From an uncultured virus (IMG/VR IMGVR_UViG_3300003324_000404) (Duplodnaviria; Heunggongvirae; Uroviricota; Caudoviricetes): a stretch of 64,000 nt of DNA. Made by a program: the position numbers and the translations under genes. Below the pieces are notes generated by a model that searched no databases, was not told where the DNA came from, and saw nothing but the letters and a program-made list of their open reading frames with translations. How positions within the stretch are numbered: the stretch's first letter is position 1; each line of letters begins with the position of its first letter. Location: IMG/VR virus record IMGVR_UViG_3300003324_000404. The stretch is one strand, 5' to 3'. Positions 26,940 to 37,661 of the stretch are shown in pieces.

Positions 26940-29384
26940 CCTCCTTCAAGAGAAAAGGAGAAACCGTGTAGGTTTCTCCTAAAGACTTAGATGCGGTTGT
27001 GGAATGCGTAATCGGCTTTGCTGATCATGATCTCGATGGCGATCAACCATCGGTCAAAGTCTTCGGGTACCAGGACTTCAGCCAGCCACTCGTCTCGCAG
27101 TTCATGTAGAACCGTGAGTCGGTTTTTGGGCGTGTCGTCCTGGTTCCGGGTCCTAAGACGGACGGTGACGACGTTTTCGATGTCAGCAATGCGGTCTTTC
27201 GTAAGCATAGCCTTCTCCTTGTTGGGGTCTTCTATAATAGGCTATGTAAAGAAAGCGAGAGCCCTTGCGGGCTCTGCTTGATTACTCCGGTTCCTTCTTG
27301 GTGTGCTTCTCGATGATGTTCACGATGATTTCGGTGTGATCCATGCTTGCGAACCAGTACTCGGTAAGCTGAGTGATCTCCCGGTCTTGCGTCTCGATCA
27401 TCGTAGCCAGCGTCTGGATGAGATTGTTGATCATCTCGTAACCGCCCTCTTGATGGGCGACCACTTCGATGCCTTCGGCTCCTCCAGCCGTGATTACGGC
27501 GATCAAGTTGACAATCTGGGTGATCTTTTGCTTTGCGATCTGACGCTTTTCAAGCAGTTGGATCTTTTCTTCGCTCATGTCGGGAATGGGCATGAGAAAT
27601 CTCCTGTTGGTTGGGGTCTTCTATAATAGGCTATGTATTCGACGCGAAAGAAGAGAGGCCTTGCGGCCTCTGCTTCTCAAGTCTCAATCTTCCTTGGGGT
27701 ACAGTGATACGAGGCAACTGGTGTTGCTGATGCGCTCGACCGTGTAGACGTACGTGCCTTCGGGGACGCTCTCGTTGATGCCTCCTTGACTCACGAGGAT
27801 GTTGTATGCCTCGACTGAGCTTTCGGAACCATCTCCATAAGCGTTCCATCGGCCGTTTTCTACGACGACTTCGAGCATTGCGATGTTTGCGTCGATCATG
27901 GTTTCTCCTAGAGTTGGGGTCTCATTATAGGGCTGGAAAACCATGCGAAAGAAGAGAGCCCTTGCGGGCTCTCTTGGATCACACCGTTCGGGTGGCTCGT
28001 GCGATCCTGTCGTTTTCTGCGGCGTTCGCCAAGTCACGTGCCGCCGTCCGGGCAAGGCTTTCGAGTACCTTGTGGCCGAAGACGATCGTGTTGGCAATTC
28101 CGATCCACATGAAAACGCGCTGGGTGCGAGTCATGAGCTTTCTCCTTTGATGGGTGTTTCCTTCATAATAGGCTATGTATTATGTGCGCAAAACGGAGAG
28201 CCCGTGTAGGGCCCTCCGAGTGAAGTGTTACTTGATGGACGTGACCGTGGCACCACGGTCGTCATTCGCCATCTGTACAGCCTCGTCGATCTCAGCATCC
28301 GTCTTGGCCGAGAAGCTCTCACTGGACTTGGCGGCTCGCTGCGCAGCGTTCAAGCTGCGTCCGAGGGCGCGTCCGTCCAGATAGGCTTCCCAGCACTGTG
28401 AGATGGTGAAACCGATGATGGTGAACAGTACGGCGGTGATGACGATGCTGTAGGTGATCATGGTTCTCCTTAAGTTGGGATTTCATTATAGGAGAAGTAA
28501 ACCCTGCGAGGGTCTGGTGGGGAAGGCGACTTATAGAGATGGTTACTTACACAGCGGGGTCCCTTGTGATTGCCAGACCGCAGGGGACGGCTTTCGGTAA
28601 CGAGAGCTCAGGCACGTTGCTCCCCACCAGACGTTTATGGAAACTCGATGTATACTGGATGTCCCGGTCTGTGTTGACAGAAACCGTCTTCGTCTCTCTC
28701 AATACCACAGCATGTGTCGGCTTCGTTCGGATCTGTTGTAATGACATTGCGCCGCTCTAAAGCTGCTAGCGCTTGAAGCAGGGACTTAGCCATGCTTGCC
28801 TTCTTTCTCAAGAGAAAAGGAGAGACCGGGTCGGTCTCTCCCAAGTTCCTCAGAGCATAGCTGCTACTGTGAAGAACAGCGCGGTAAACGTGATGCACAT
28901 GCCGATGCAGAACGTCAGTCCGAACCAGTAGAAGAAGCGGCCGATGGTACGGTTCTCCTTCTTGATTCGGCTAACGAATGCAACGAACAGCGCAACAACG
29001 AATGTGGCGATGAAAATCATGGCGGTCTCCTATGTTGGGGTTCTATTATAGGAGATGAATTTCGCGCGCAGAAGCCAAGAGGCCAGGAGTCTCTATTGAG
29101 TCTCAAACTGGCCTCTCGGCGTGTTGCCCCCCGGCAACAGCTTAGCGGGTCTTGTGGGGTTGAACTGACGTACTGCTCAGCGTGTCCATGAAGTTCTGAA
29201 CGGCGGGGATGATCTCCGTGAGCGTGAAGTACGTACCAACCGCTATAACGGCCAGCACGACTGCAAGCATGACGTAGAACGTCCCTACCGAGTCAAGCTT
29301 CTGGGCCCGAGTGCGGTTGGTGTTCATTTTTCCTACTTTCTGTGTGATTGGTGGGGTTCGTTATAGACGCTGTAAATCCTGCGA
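26940..29384 (-). other. Left array of promoter-gene-terminator cassettes
   Basis: Promoters at 27234, 27623, 27924, 28165, 28485, 29045 and 29360. Genes at 26987-27208, 27282-27593, 27684-27899, 27979-28134, 28228-28461, 28850-29020 and 29142-29327. Hairpins such as AGAGCCC-GCAA-GGGCTCT lie between them. Confidence 0.85.
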
Positions 29385-30297
29385 GGGGACGCCCAATTTG
29401 TACGCCTAGTCAGGGCTTGGACGCCCCCTCTGGAGTAGGAAGTACTGGGGGTTGAAACCCCTAGCGCTTGAACACCACCAACAGGATTGCGATGGCAGAA
29501 ACAACCAGCGAGATAACACTCATCGTGTAGGCGGACATCGGACTCACCTCCTTTTTCTCTCTGTTCGAACTCTATCTGGGCGCAAGGAACCATCACCGGG
29601 GGCGGTGTGTGTAGGTTCGGCTGTCGTTTAAGACTGAGCGCTGCGCGGGGGTGCGCCGCAAGTCCCCATCAGATTTGGGGAAGTAAGCTGCTATCTCGTC
29701 CTTACAGCTTACTTCGTTTCTACGGGGGATGGGAGGGAGGTTCCACCCTCCAGGCTGAGTCCCATCCGATGATCAAATCAGTTCGCCGCGTCGTCTCTGG
29801 TGGGGGCGGCAGCCACCGGCGTGAAGTCCTCGGTCCGCTCGCGTAGGCAGGGTCCGACCGTAGGGTTCTCCATCGTCGCGCCCCGACAAACGCACCCCAG
29901 ATTCGGGTACTTCCGACACTTCGGCCATTCAGCCATCACTCCTCCTCTCGCCCGGGGTCTGCTCGGAGGCGCACTTGCTCGGGTCGGTCAACTTCGCACC
30001 TTCGCCGTAGTGCCATTCCCAATAGGCGGCTTCCTCGACGCGCTCGTGGTCGGCGCGAATCTCCCGGAGCCGCTGAATTAGTGGATGCTCAGTGGCGGTC
30101 ATCGCGAACCAGTTCACGAGTCCTCCTTGCTTTTGGGAATAAGATTAGTGGAGGGGAGCCGGGCAGACCTACACGACCCCCCTCCTGCGTAGTTTAGCAG
30201 CCAGTCCACGCCTAGACTGATGGGATTCGGGCCCAACACCCTCACCCATGGACGCCGCTCGGCGGAACGGAGAAACGCCGTCACGGAACCCGCGTCT

Positions 30298-30654
30298 TTA
30301 CAGCCTGTGGCCCGAGATTTCACACTCGCACTTAGCAGGCTCGTCTTTTTCATCGTCCCATGCAATGCCGTTGCAGTTCTGATGCTTGTCTTGTGCGCAT
30401 TCAGGACAGATTACTTCATCCACGGGAAAGCTCCTTAACATCTTGGATCGCTTGACATAGATGGCATCAACGGTGCGATTGAGCTTCTTCGACAGAGCAA
30501 CCACATCAAAGTCCTTGTCCAGAATGAGTAGAAGATCTTCAGCGGTCCATCTCTGTCTCGAGCCGGGTCCCCTCTTGGGTGCTGTGCCTTTCGCTACAAG
30601 TCTTTGCTTAGCATCGTTACTATGCTTGCGTCTTTTTGCGCCGGTACTCGGCAT
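30298..30654 (-). CDS. Myb/HTH-like DNA-binding protein with a Cys-rich tail
   Basis: WTAEDL..LSKKLNRTVDAIYVKRS and CPEC..C..CEC. Confidence 0.55.
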   Translation of the reverse strand: MPSTGAKRRKHSNDAKQRLVAKGTAPKRGPGSRQRWTAEDLLLILDKDFDVVALSKKLNRTVDAIYVKRSKMLRSFPVDEVICPECAQDKHQNCNGIAWDDEKDEPAKCECEISGHRL

Positions 30655-30679
30655 CTTCTTTCTCCTTCTAGTTGGGCTT

Positions 30680-31400
30680 GAGGTGGCCCCTACCCAGCGA
30701 TGACCGAACAGCTATCGCCATACGCATAGCTACTAGGTAGGGGCCACTAAATTTAAGAACAGCAAGTGGGCACGAGTCAAACCCCAAACCTTATCTGAAG
30801 GTGCCTTGCTGTTCGACTAAAGATGGACGCCATGTTGTTGAGAATGTGGACATGAAAAGACACCCGGTATGAGCGAGCGCTAGCAAGCATTCTCGGTAGC
30901 TAGGTCGTAAGCCCTGATCCCCCCGGATCAGTTTGGTATGGCCATTCTCACAGCCAGCTCTCGCTGCGAGTCCATCAAGTTTTTAGGTGCCAGGATCGGT
31001 AGTCTCTTGAGGATCACCTGGCATGTTCAGCACTCCACTAATCTACTCTGTGCTTGCCCCATGTATTAGAGGTTGACAACTCGATCAAACCAGATTACCC
31101 GTGTAGAGGTCTTAAGGGTCACCGATTTGTCGTAGCGATGTGCCCCGAATTGTTAACCCGGTACGGGGGCCCCGGAGAGCTTAGCTGCCGGATTCCCGGA
31201 AGCCTAACGAGGTTGCTCTTACCCCGCGTGGGTTGCCTATCCGCCCCAGAACTAATGCCTGGGCGCAAATAGAGGACTGCCATCCGACTGCCTTCGCCAC
31301 CCTGGCAGGGGTGCTTATCGGGAGTAGTTAAGGTTACGTTAGCCTCACTGTTTTCCCCTTTTATTACCCACTATCTTTATCGCCTATTAGCGATAAAGAA
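30680..31400 (-). ncRNA. Putative large structured non-coding RNA or sRNA cluster
   Basis: No credible minus-strand ORF and several long closed stems (see findings). The strand is inferred from genome polarity. Confidence 0.55.
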
Positions 31401-31402
31401 TT

Positions 31403-34400
31403 CTAGCTGAGGTCCGCGTTCTTGTAGTACTCCTTCTCCTCGGGCGTGAGGTTCTTCCAGAACTCGGTGACCTCGTTCAAGTTGACGGGCCTGGAGCCCC
31501 TCGCGAAGAACTCCTTCAGGTCAGCGATCTTGTTCTCGGGCATTTCTGTAATCCCTTTCTTTTCTGGACGAGGCGGATACCTCAAGGAAGAAGGCCAACC
31601 CCGTGTTGACCTTCAACCTTCAGACATCAGCTCCTGGGGAACCAGTCACGCACCGGGGGGATCTTGGTCCCGACCCAGAACCCGAGAACGATCACGACCA
31701 GCGTGAGAAAGATGTTTCCGATCGATCGCTTGCTCTTCTTGCTCATGTCACACTTCCTGTCTTCTATCTGTTCGTTCTTCCAACCTTGAGAGCTTCACCA
31801 TTCGGGTGCTTCCTCGTCATGTGGTTGTTCATGATCTGGAGGGCAACACCCATGTCCATGTGCTCCACAACTTGACCGCACTCGTCACACACGAGCCGGC
31901 GACCTTCTGAGATCTGATCGATTTGGTCTCCCATCAGAGCCCCCTCAAATCCTCGACACGAACCTGCGTGTCTCCGTCGAAGTCGGAGGTGCCCTCGAGC
32001 TTCACCTTCTCCTTCACAGGGATCTGCACCGTCTCTGTGACTGTGACGTCTGGGTGCTTCTCGGCTTCGTCCTTGCTGACAAACTGTCCCGTCTGGGCAG
32101 ACCTTGACACCTGTCGGGGCTCTGCATGCTCCACGACCTGGTCGAAAGAAGTCTCGGACGGGTCCGTGTTCATCGGCTCGAACGACTTCAGGAAAGCCTT
32201 CTTGGTGAAGGCCTTGAACGAGTTCCCCGTGGCAGACATCTTGAGCATGTAGTCATCGATGAATGCCTTGGCCTGACGAGTACTGATCGCATTCTTGTCG
32301 ATGATCTTGACGCAGCGCTCGTTACCCTCGCCTTCGATCTTGCCGTTACACCAAGCAGCAACCTCCTCGATGTTCTCATCGGTCACGACGACATATTCGA
32401 CGTCGAAACTCTTCCTCTTTGCGGTCTTCGTCTCCATTTCCTTGCTTTCTCATCTAGGGGTGGGGGGCCGGGATTAGCCGCTTACCACACTGTTGTTGAT
32501 GATCGTGACTGAGAGAACTCCTGGACGGAGCCGCTGAGCCTGCATAATCCAGTTCACAACGTCGTGCATTGTTGCACAGTCGTGATGACCTACAGACCCA
32601 TTGGCTCCGTCCACGAGGATTACTGTGTAGTCCATCAGTCCGTTCGTACTTCGCGGGGAATCTTGACGAACTTGGGCTGGAGGATGAACTTCCTCTTGAA
32701 CAGGTAAACGGTGCTGCTAACACCGCTTGCTGCCCCGAGGATGCCCATCGTGGCCAGGATCGCGTATCCCTGGCTTCGCGTGGTTCCGTTCAGATGGCCC
32801 TTGATGATGCGACGGCCAATGCTGACCGCAGCCTCTTCAACCGAATCGGTGTTCATTTATCTCCTTCACTCTCCTTTGTGACCATGACTACGATCACCTT
32901 GCTTTGTAACCCGAATTCTTGGTCGTAGGCCAGCCAGTCCTCGAGCACCTTTCGCTCGATTTCTGTCTGAGCTGCGATCGTGTCCATCGTCGATTCATCA
33001 AGAATGTAGGCCGTAGCCTCTTTCTTTGTGGTCATGTCTGACCAACCGGATCTTCCGGCTGCTTCGACGATTTCTTCTTGATTTTGAGTATCAGATCGCC
33101 ATCCGCGTCTGATCTCCCCGTGAACTCGGCGTCATACATCACGCCATGATCGACCACACCCCAAACATGCCCTTTGAGTTCCTCAGCAAGCTTCTCTGGG
33201 GTGACGATTACTTCGTCGCCGGGTTTAATCACATTGGGATCTTCTTTTCTACTAGTGCCCGAACCGATCGTTTCTTAATCGGATTGTTCAAACGTGGGGG
33301 GCGCCTTCTAGCTCTGAGCTATTCAGTTGTGTCTTCGGGTGGGGGCGGCATCAATGAGAAGCCGACCTTGGTCTTGTTGGTCTCTGGATCGTACGAAGCT
33401 GTGACCGGCCACATGAGTTCTCCCATGTAGTTCGGTCCCATTGCACGCTTCATGTCGAGACCTGGACGGACATCGCCGTTGTAGTTGGCGTAGCCCGTTG
33501 CCTGACGTGTGTCCGTCACGATGTTGCCTCCTCGATCTCGTCCGGATCGCCCTTGATGATTCCTGCGTCATCGACCATCTCCATCAGGACGTCCCAACCC
33601 TCGAGCTCGATGACCTCGATGTGGATGGTGTCTCCCTCTGACTGGGCCTTCTGAAGATGTGTCTTCAGGGCAGCCCAGTCCGGATACGGCTTGTGACATG
33701 CCGGGCAGTACCGGCTCTCGCCGATCTCACTTGACGGCTGACTCATCTTTCTTAGTCCTTTCTTTTTGTTGGACGTCAGACAAGACAATCATTTTGGCTT
33801 TGCAACTATCGCAATGCCAGCCGCCTGACCATGGACCGGAACTCATATTTTCATGAGCGCAGTTGGAACTTTGGGTTTGAGTTTCCGGAACAAACAGAAG
33901 GGGCCGACCACATTCGCCACAAGAAATGCCTCCGTCCCCATGCCCGTCGAACACCCACTCTTTGTGCTCGCAGAGCATTTCTCTGACCCACTGCCAGTAT
34001 TCAGCTACTTTGCGAATTTCCTCCTGCGTCGGCTGTTCCACCTTCTTGCTCCTTTTTGTAAGCCTCGGATATCAAGAGCTTGTGGATGTTGTAGTCGATG
34101 TCGTAGTGACTTGCATGGATTTCGTGAACACTCGTTTCGAAGTGCTCAAGCTCAGTCGACGAAATCTCTTGAGCTTCCTCCAAGGTGTCGACAACTGTCA
34201 ACACCATGAACTTGTCTGCAAGGTCGCCTCTATCCATCTTGCCATACGTCACTTCGCCTCATCTCCTGTGTCTCGCTGGAAATACTCATCCAGATCCTCA
34301 GTGGCATGAGAGATGTGCTCGACGTTGATTCGAACCTGGAATGCGTCGCGATCGAGAACCGGCTTCTCTCTGAGCCACTTGGCAGCGGCTTCAAGAACTG

Positions 34401-36222
34401 CTGTCTTGAATCCTCGAGCTTCTACTTCGTTCGGCAGTCGCTTTTCGGAATAATTACCCACTACTACCCCCAAGGGCCGGCGCAAGGTACAGAACGTGAA
34501 GATTCCTGTCGATATCGAAATCTTCCTCGACAAGGTTGTGGATCGTGTAGCGCGTTCCGGCAGGAGCCGACTTGAGGAACTTTTCGAGATCGGGTCCGCT
34601 GTTGTCTTCGTCGTTGATGACGTAGACCGCAACGATTCGCTTATCTGCCATCAGACACTCATCCCTGCCTTGCGCTCGACCCGAGTCATTCGGTCGCTGA
34701 CGTAGTTGATCCACTCGGGAAGCTTCATCCCTAGTGTTCCCGGAACTTCCCACTCTTCGACGCTCGGGCCAGGAGGTCCAGGAAGTCCGGGCTCACCCTT
34801 CGGGCCCATTGGTCCTACAGGCCCTGGGGGTCCTTGAACTGTCTGGTTGAAGACATTTGAAACCTTGCCTTCAAATTCCTTCTGAGCTTCCTCCTTCCCG
34901 GCGTACATCCCGGCAAAGTAGGCAATGATCAGAATCACAACGGTCCAAAGAATCCCGATAGTGATCCACAAGAACAACATCAAAGACGAAACCTCCCTAC
35001 TGAATCCTCGTGCTCTGCGTTGAGATGGTTCCACTGCTTGATGCAGAAACTGGTCTGGCCAGTCTCATGATCGTAGTGGACCGGCTCGTTGCAGAGTTTT
35101 CCGAACACAACGCCCTTGTGCGTGATGTGTCTTGGCTCGCCATCCTCCCCCAGTTCGAGGAAGATCTCGCTGTCTTCTACCGTGACAAACGTCTCCTCCT
35201 CGACCTGGATGGCATCGACCTTGGCCTGCGCGTCGATCTCGTCTTGCACTCGGTTCTCGAGCTGATCAGAGATCTCTTGGATCGTGATTTGCTGCTCGGG
35301 AGTAGGTGCCTTGATTCCGAATTCGTTGCACAACGCCAGGAGCGACCGAATGGTCGCGTCCCGGACGTTGTACTTGACCAAGTTGAGGTCCCTCACTTGG
35401 TCACCTTCTCCTTGGTGACCCACAGGTATACCCAAGATGCCGCCGCTACCGCGAGGGCGATCGGGTATGCTCGGTAGGCCACGTCTCGCGTCTTCATCAG
35501 AACTTGTCTCGCTTCCTTGTGTATCGAGCGGTGGTCTTCGAGGTGGGTTGCTTCTTCTCGAGCGACTGACCAACTACGGTTACCAAGATGTAGATCGCCG
35601 CATAGATCAGGATCAGCCCGAGAAGAAGCCACCACATCATCAGAGCTCGACCCTCCGAATCAGATCGCGAATGCGCTCCTGCAACGACAAGACCGAGACG
35701 TCAACGTCGTGCAGGTAGTGATAGACGCTGCTGCTCGCCCGGACAGAGTCGGTAGGGTTGGCGGCGGGAGTCGTGTCGTCTCCCTCACGAGCCAGAACCC
35801 CTCCGATTCGCATCTCCAGCTCGTTGAGAAGCTGGTGCGTGTCGTCCACGTTCATGCGGAGATCGCGCGTCTTGGCCTCGATCGGTCCGGCATCCTGCTG
35901 GATCTTGCTGGTGAATCGCATGTCGACCTGAGCGTCATCCATCTGAGGCATTTGTTTCTCCGTTCACTTCGCGCCGAATCTCGGCTTCCTTTTCCGCGAC
36001 CTTGTGCCTTGCGGACTCGATTTGCGGCTCCAACCTTCGGAGACTCACTTGGTAGAACGTTTCGGTGAGCTCGTACGCGAATTTGATCGTCGCGATACTC
36101 GCACCGATTCCGACGAGCGTCCCGAAGGTGGGTCGCACCTTGATAACCCCCTTGTAGGGGTTGTACGAGACCTTGATCTTCATCAGGCTTCGCCTCTGGC
36201 CTCGCGCTGGATCTGATCCCAC
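31403..36222 (-). CDS. Run of about 18 small hypothetical proteins
   Basis: Overlapping start/stop ORFs with RBSs, e.g. 31403-31543, 31934-32437, 33319-33519, 34651-34980 (TM plus short collagen) and 35640-35951. Confidence 0.55.
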
Positions 36223-36746
36223 TTCATGTCGAGCTCGTCCTCAGCGATCACGACGTACATCGTCTTGAGGTAGGCCGAAACACCGTCCGTCTCCTGCGGA
36301 GTACCCTCGAACATCGTGTAGAAGTACGGCACGAAGGACAGATCCGCCGTGATGATCTCTGCGTCGTCCAGCAGCCCGACGTTCTCCTCCGTCAAGAGAG
36401 TCTCGTTGCGAGACTTCTCGCCGATCATCTTGATCCGCGGAGGACGGACGTTGAAATTGACCTTGCACTTCAGCACGCAGCGCTCGACCTGGTCCTCGTC
36501 GTCTGGGCGAGGCGCCTTGCACTTGACGTTCCAGCCGTCCGCTGCGAGATCGTCAGCCTCCCTCTTGGTGAGGTGGATGTTGAAGTTCCGGTCCCCCTCC
36601 GAGTTGAACGTGGTCTTGGCTCCGCTGAAGTTGGGCCACAAGATGCGCTGCGGTAGCGCATCCGTGTCTGGCACGGTGACGACCTCTCCTCGTGCGATCT
36701 TGATCCCCAGATGCTCGAGGGGGTACTTGCCTTGGCTCAGTGCCAT
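36183..36746 (-). CDS. Single-stranded DNA-binding protein (phage type)
   Basis: NFSG....FN.EG.RNF..GWNVK..L...V.F..LD...I...DL..GVSAYLKTMYV..EDEL, located near the DNA polymerase gene. Confidence 0.7.
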   Translation of the reverse strand: MALSQGKYPLEHLGIKIARGEVVTVPDTDALPQRILWPNFSGAKTTFNSEGDRNFNIHLTKREADDLAADGWNVKCKAPRPDDEDQVERCVLKCKVNFNVRPPRIKMIGEKSRNETLLTEENVGLLDDAEIITADLSFVPYFYTMFEGTPQETDGVSAYLKTMYVVIAEDELDMKWDQIQREARGEA

Positions 36747-36893
36747 GTGTCACTTCTCCTTTTTGGTGTCGGATGCGAATGAACCGACGAACTTGTGCTT
36801 TCGGTTCCGCTTGCTACCAGCGTCCTTCTTGCGAGAGACGCTGGCGTTCTTGAGGGTTCGCAAACGGAAGGGCTTGCGAGGTCGCTCGGTCAT

Positions 36894-37375
36894 TCAGCGC
36901 TCCTTCTGCTTGACGATCACGATCGCGGTCCTCAGGTCGGAAACCGAGAGGTCGTACCGCCTGGCGATCTCGCGCTCGCTGACTCCTCGAGCCTTCATGG
37001 CCGCAACGTCCCTGAGGAACCTCAGGTCCATTTCGGTCTGCTTCTTGGTAGCCGCTGCCTTCTTCATGATGCCTTCTCCTTCTTGCCTTTGAAGGCGCCC
37101 TTCGCAGGTCGCTTGGACACCTTCTTCTTGGGTGTTACACCGTTCGCAGCAGCGAGTCGCTTTGACTTCTCGATCTTCTGCTGCTTGAGCTCTTCTTGCA
37201 GTCGCTTCTGCTCTTCGGCTCGCTGATCGCGGACCTTGTTGAGGACAGCGAGATTGCCTTCTTTCACGGTCGTCATGAACTTCTCCCTCTTTTCGAGGGC
37301 GCGAGCGTGCTTGATTTTGCGGGCAGTCATCTCGTTTCTCCTTACTTGTTGTTTGTGACGACGTAGGTTCGCCAT
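36894..37375 (-). CDS. Small HTH protein (36894-37067) and basic Lys-rich protein (37064-approx. 37330)
   Basis: MKARGVSEREIARRY HTH. ATGA coupling between the two ORFs. Confidence 0.55.
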
Positions 37376-37661
37376 GTTTGACCTTTAACCGTTCCGGATC
37401 GAGTGATCTGAACCCAGTCATAAGGTCTTGAAACTAGGAACTCGCCCTCTGCCAACACCTCTCCGTCTCTATACGGTCTGAGAACTATCAAGGTATTCCT
37501 CCAGCAAGGTTGTCGTGTCAGTTTCGAACACGATGTCGTCCGGATAGGTTTCAGCCCATCCAACAGCGCTGGCTTCCCACTTGAAAAATCCCCACCGGCC
37601 GTCCGGTCGAAGAATTGCGAAAACAGGCATCTGCTTGTCCATCTTCTTGCTCGCCTTCTTG

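Noticed and set aside
32474..32635. Structured RNA suggested by the 11-bp inverted repeat TGGACGGAGCC/GGCTCCGTCCA
   Set aside because: The interval is a coupled 53-aa ORF (MDYTVILVDG..), and the repeat may be incidental.
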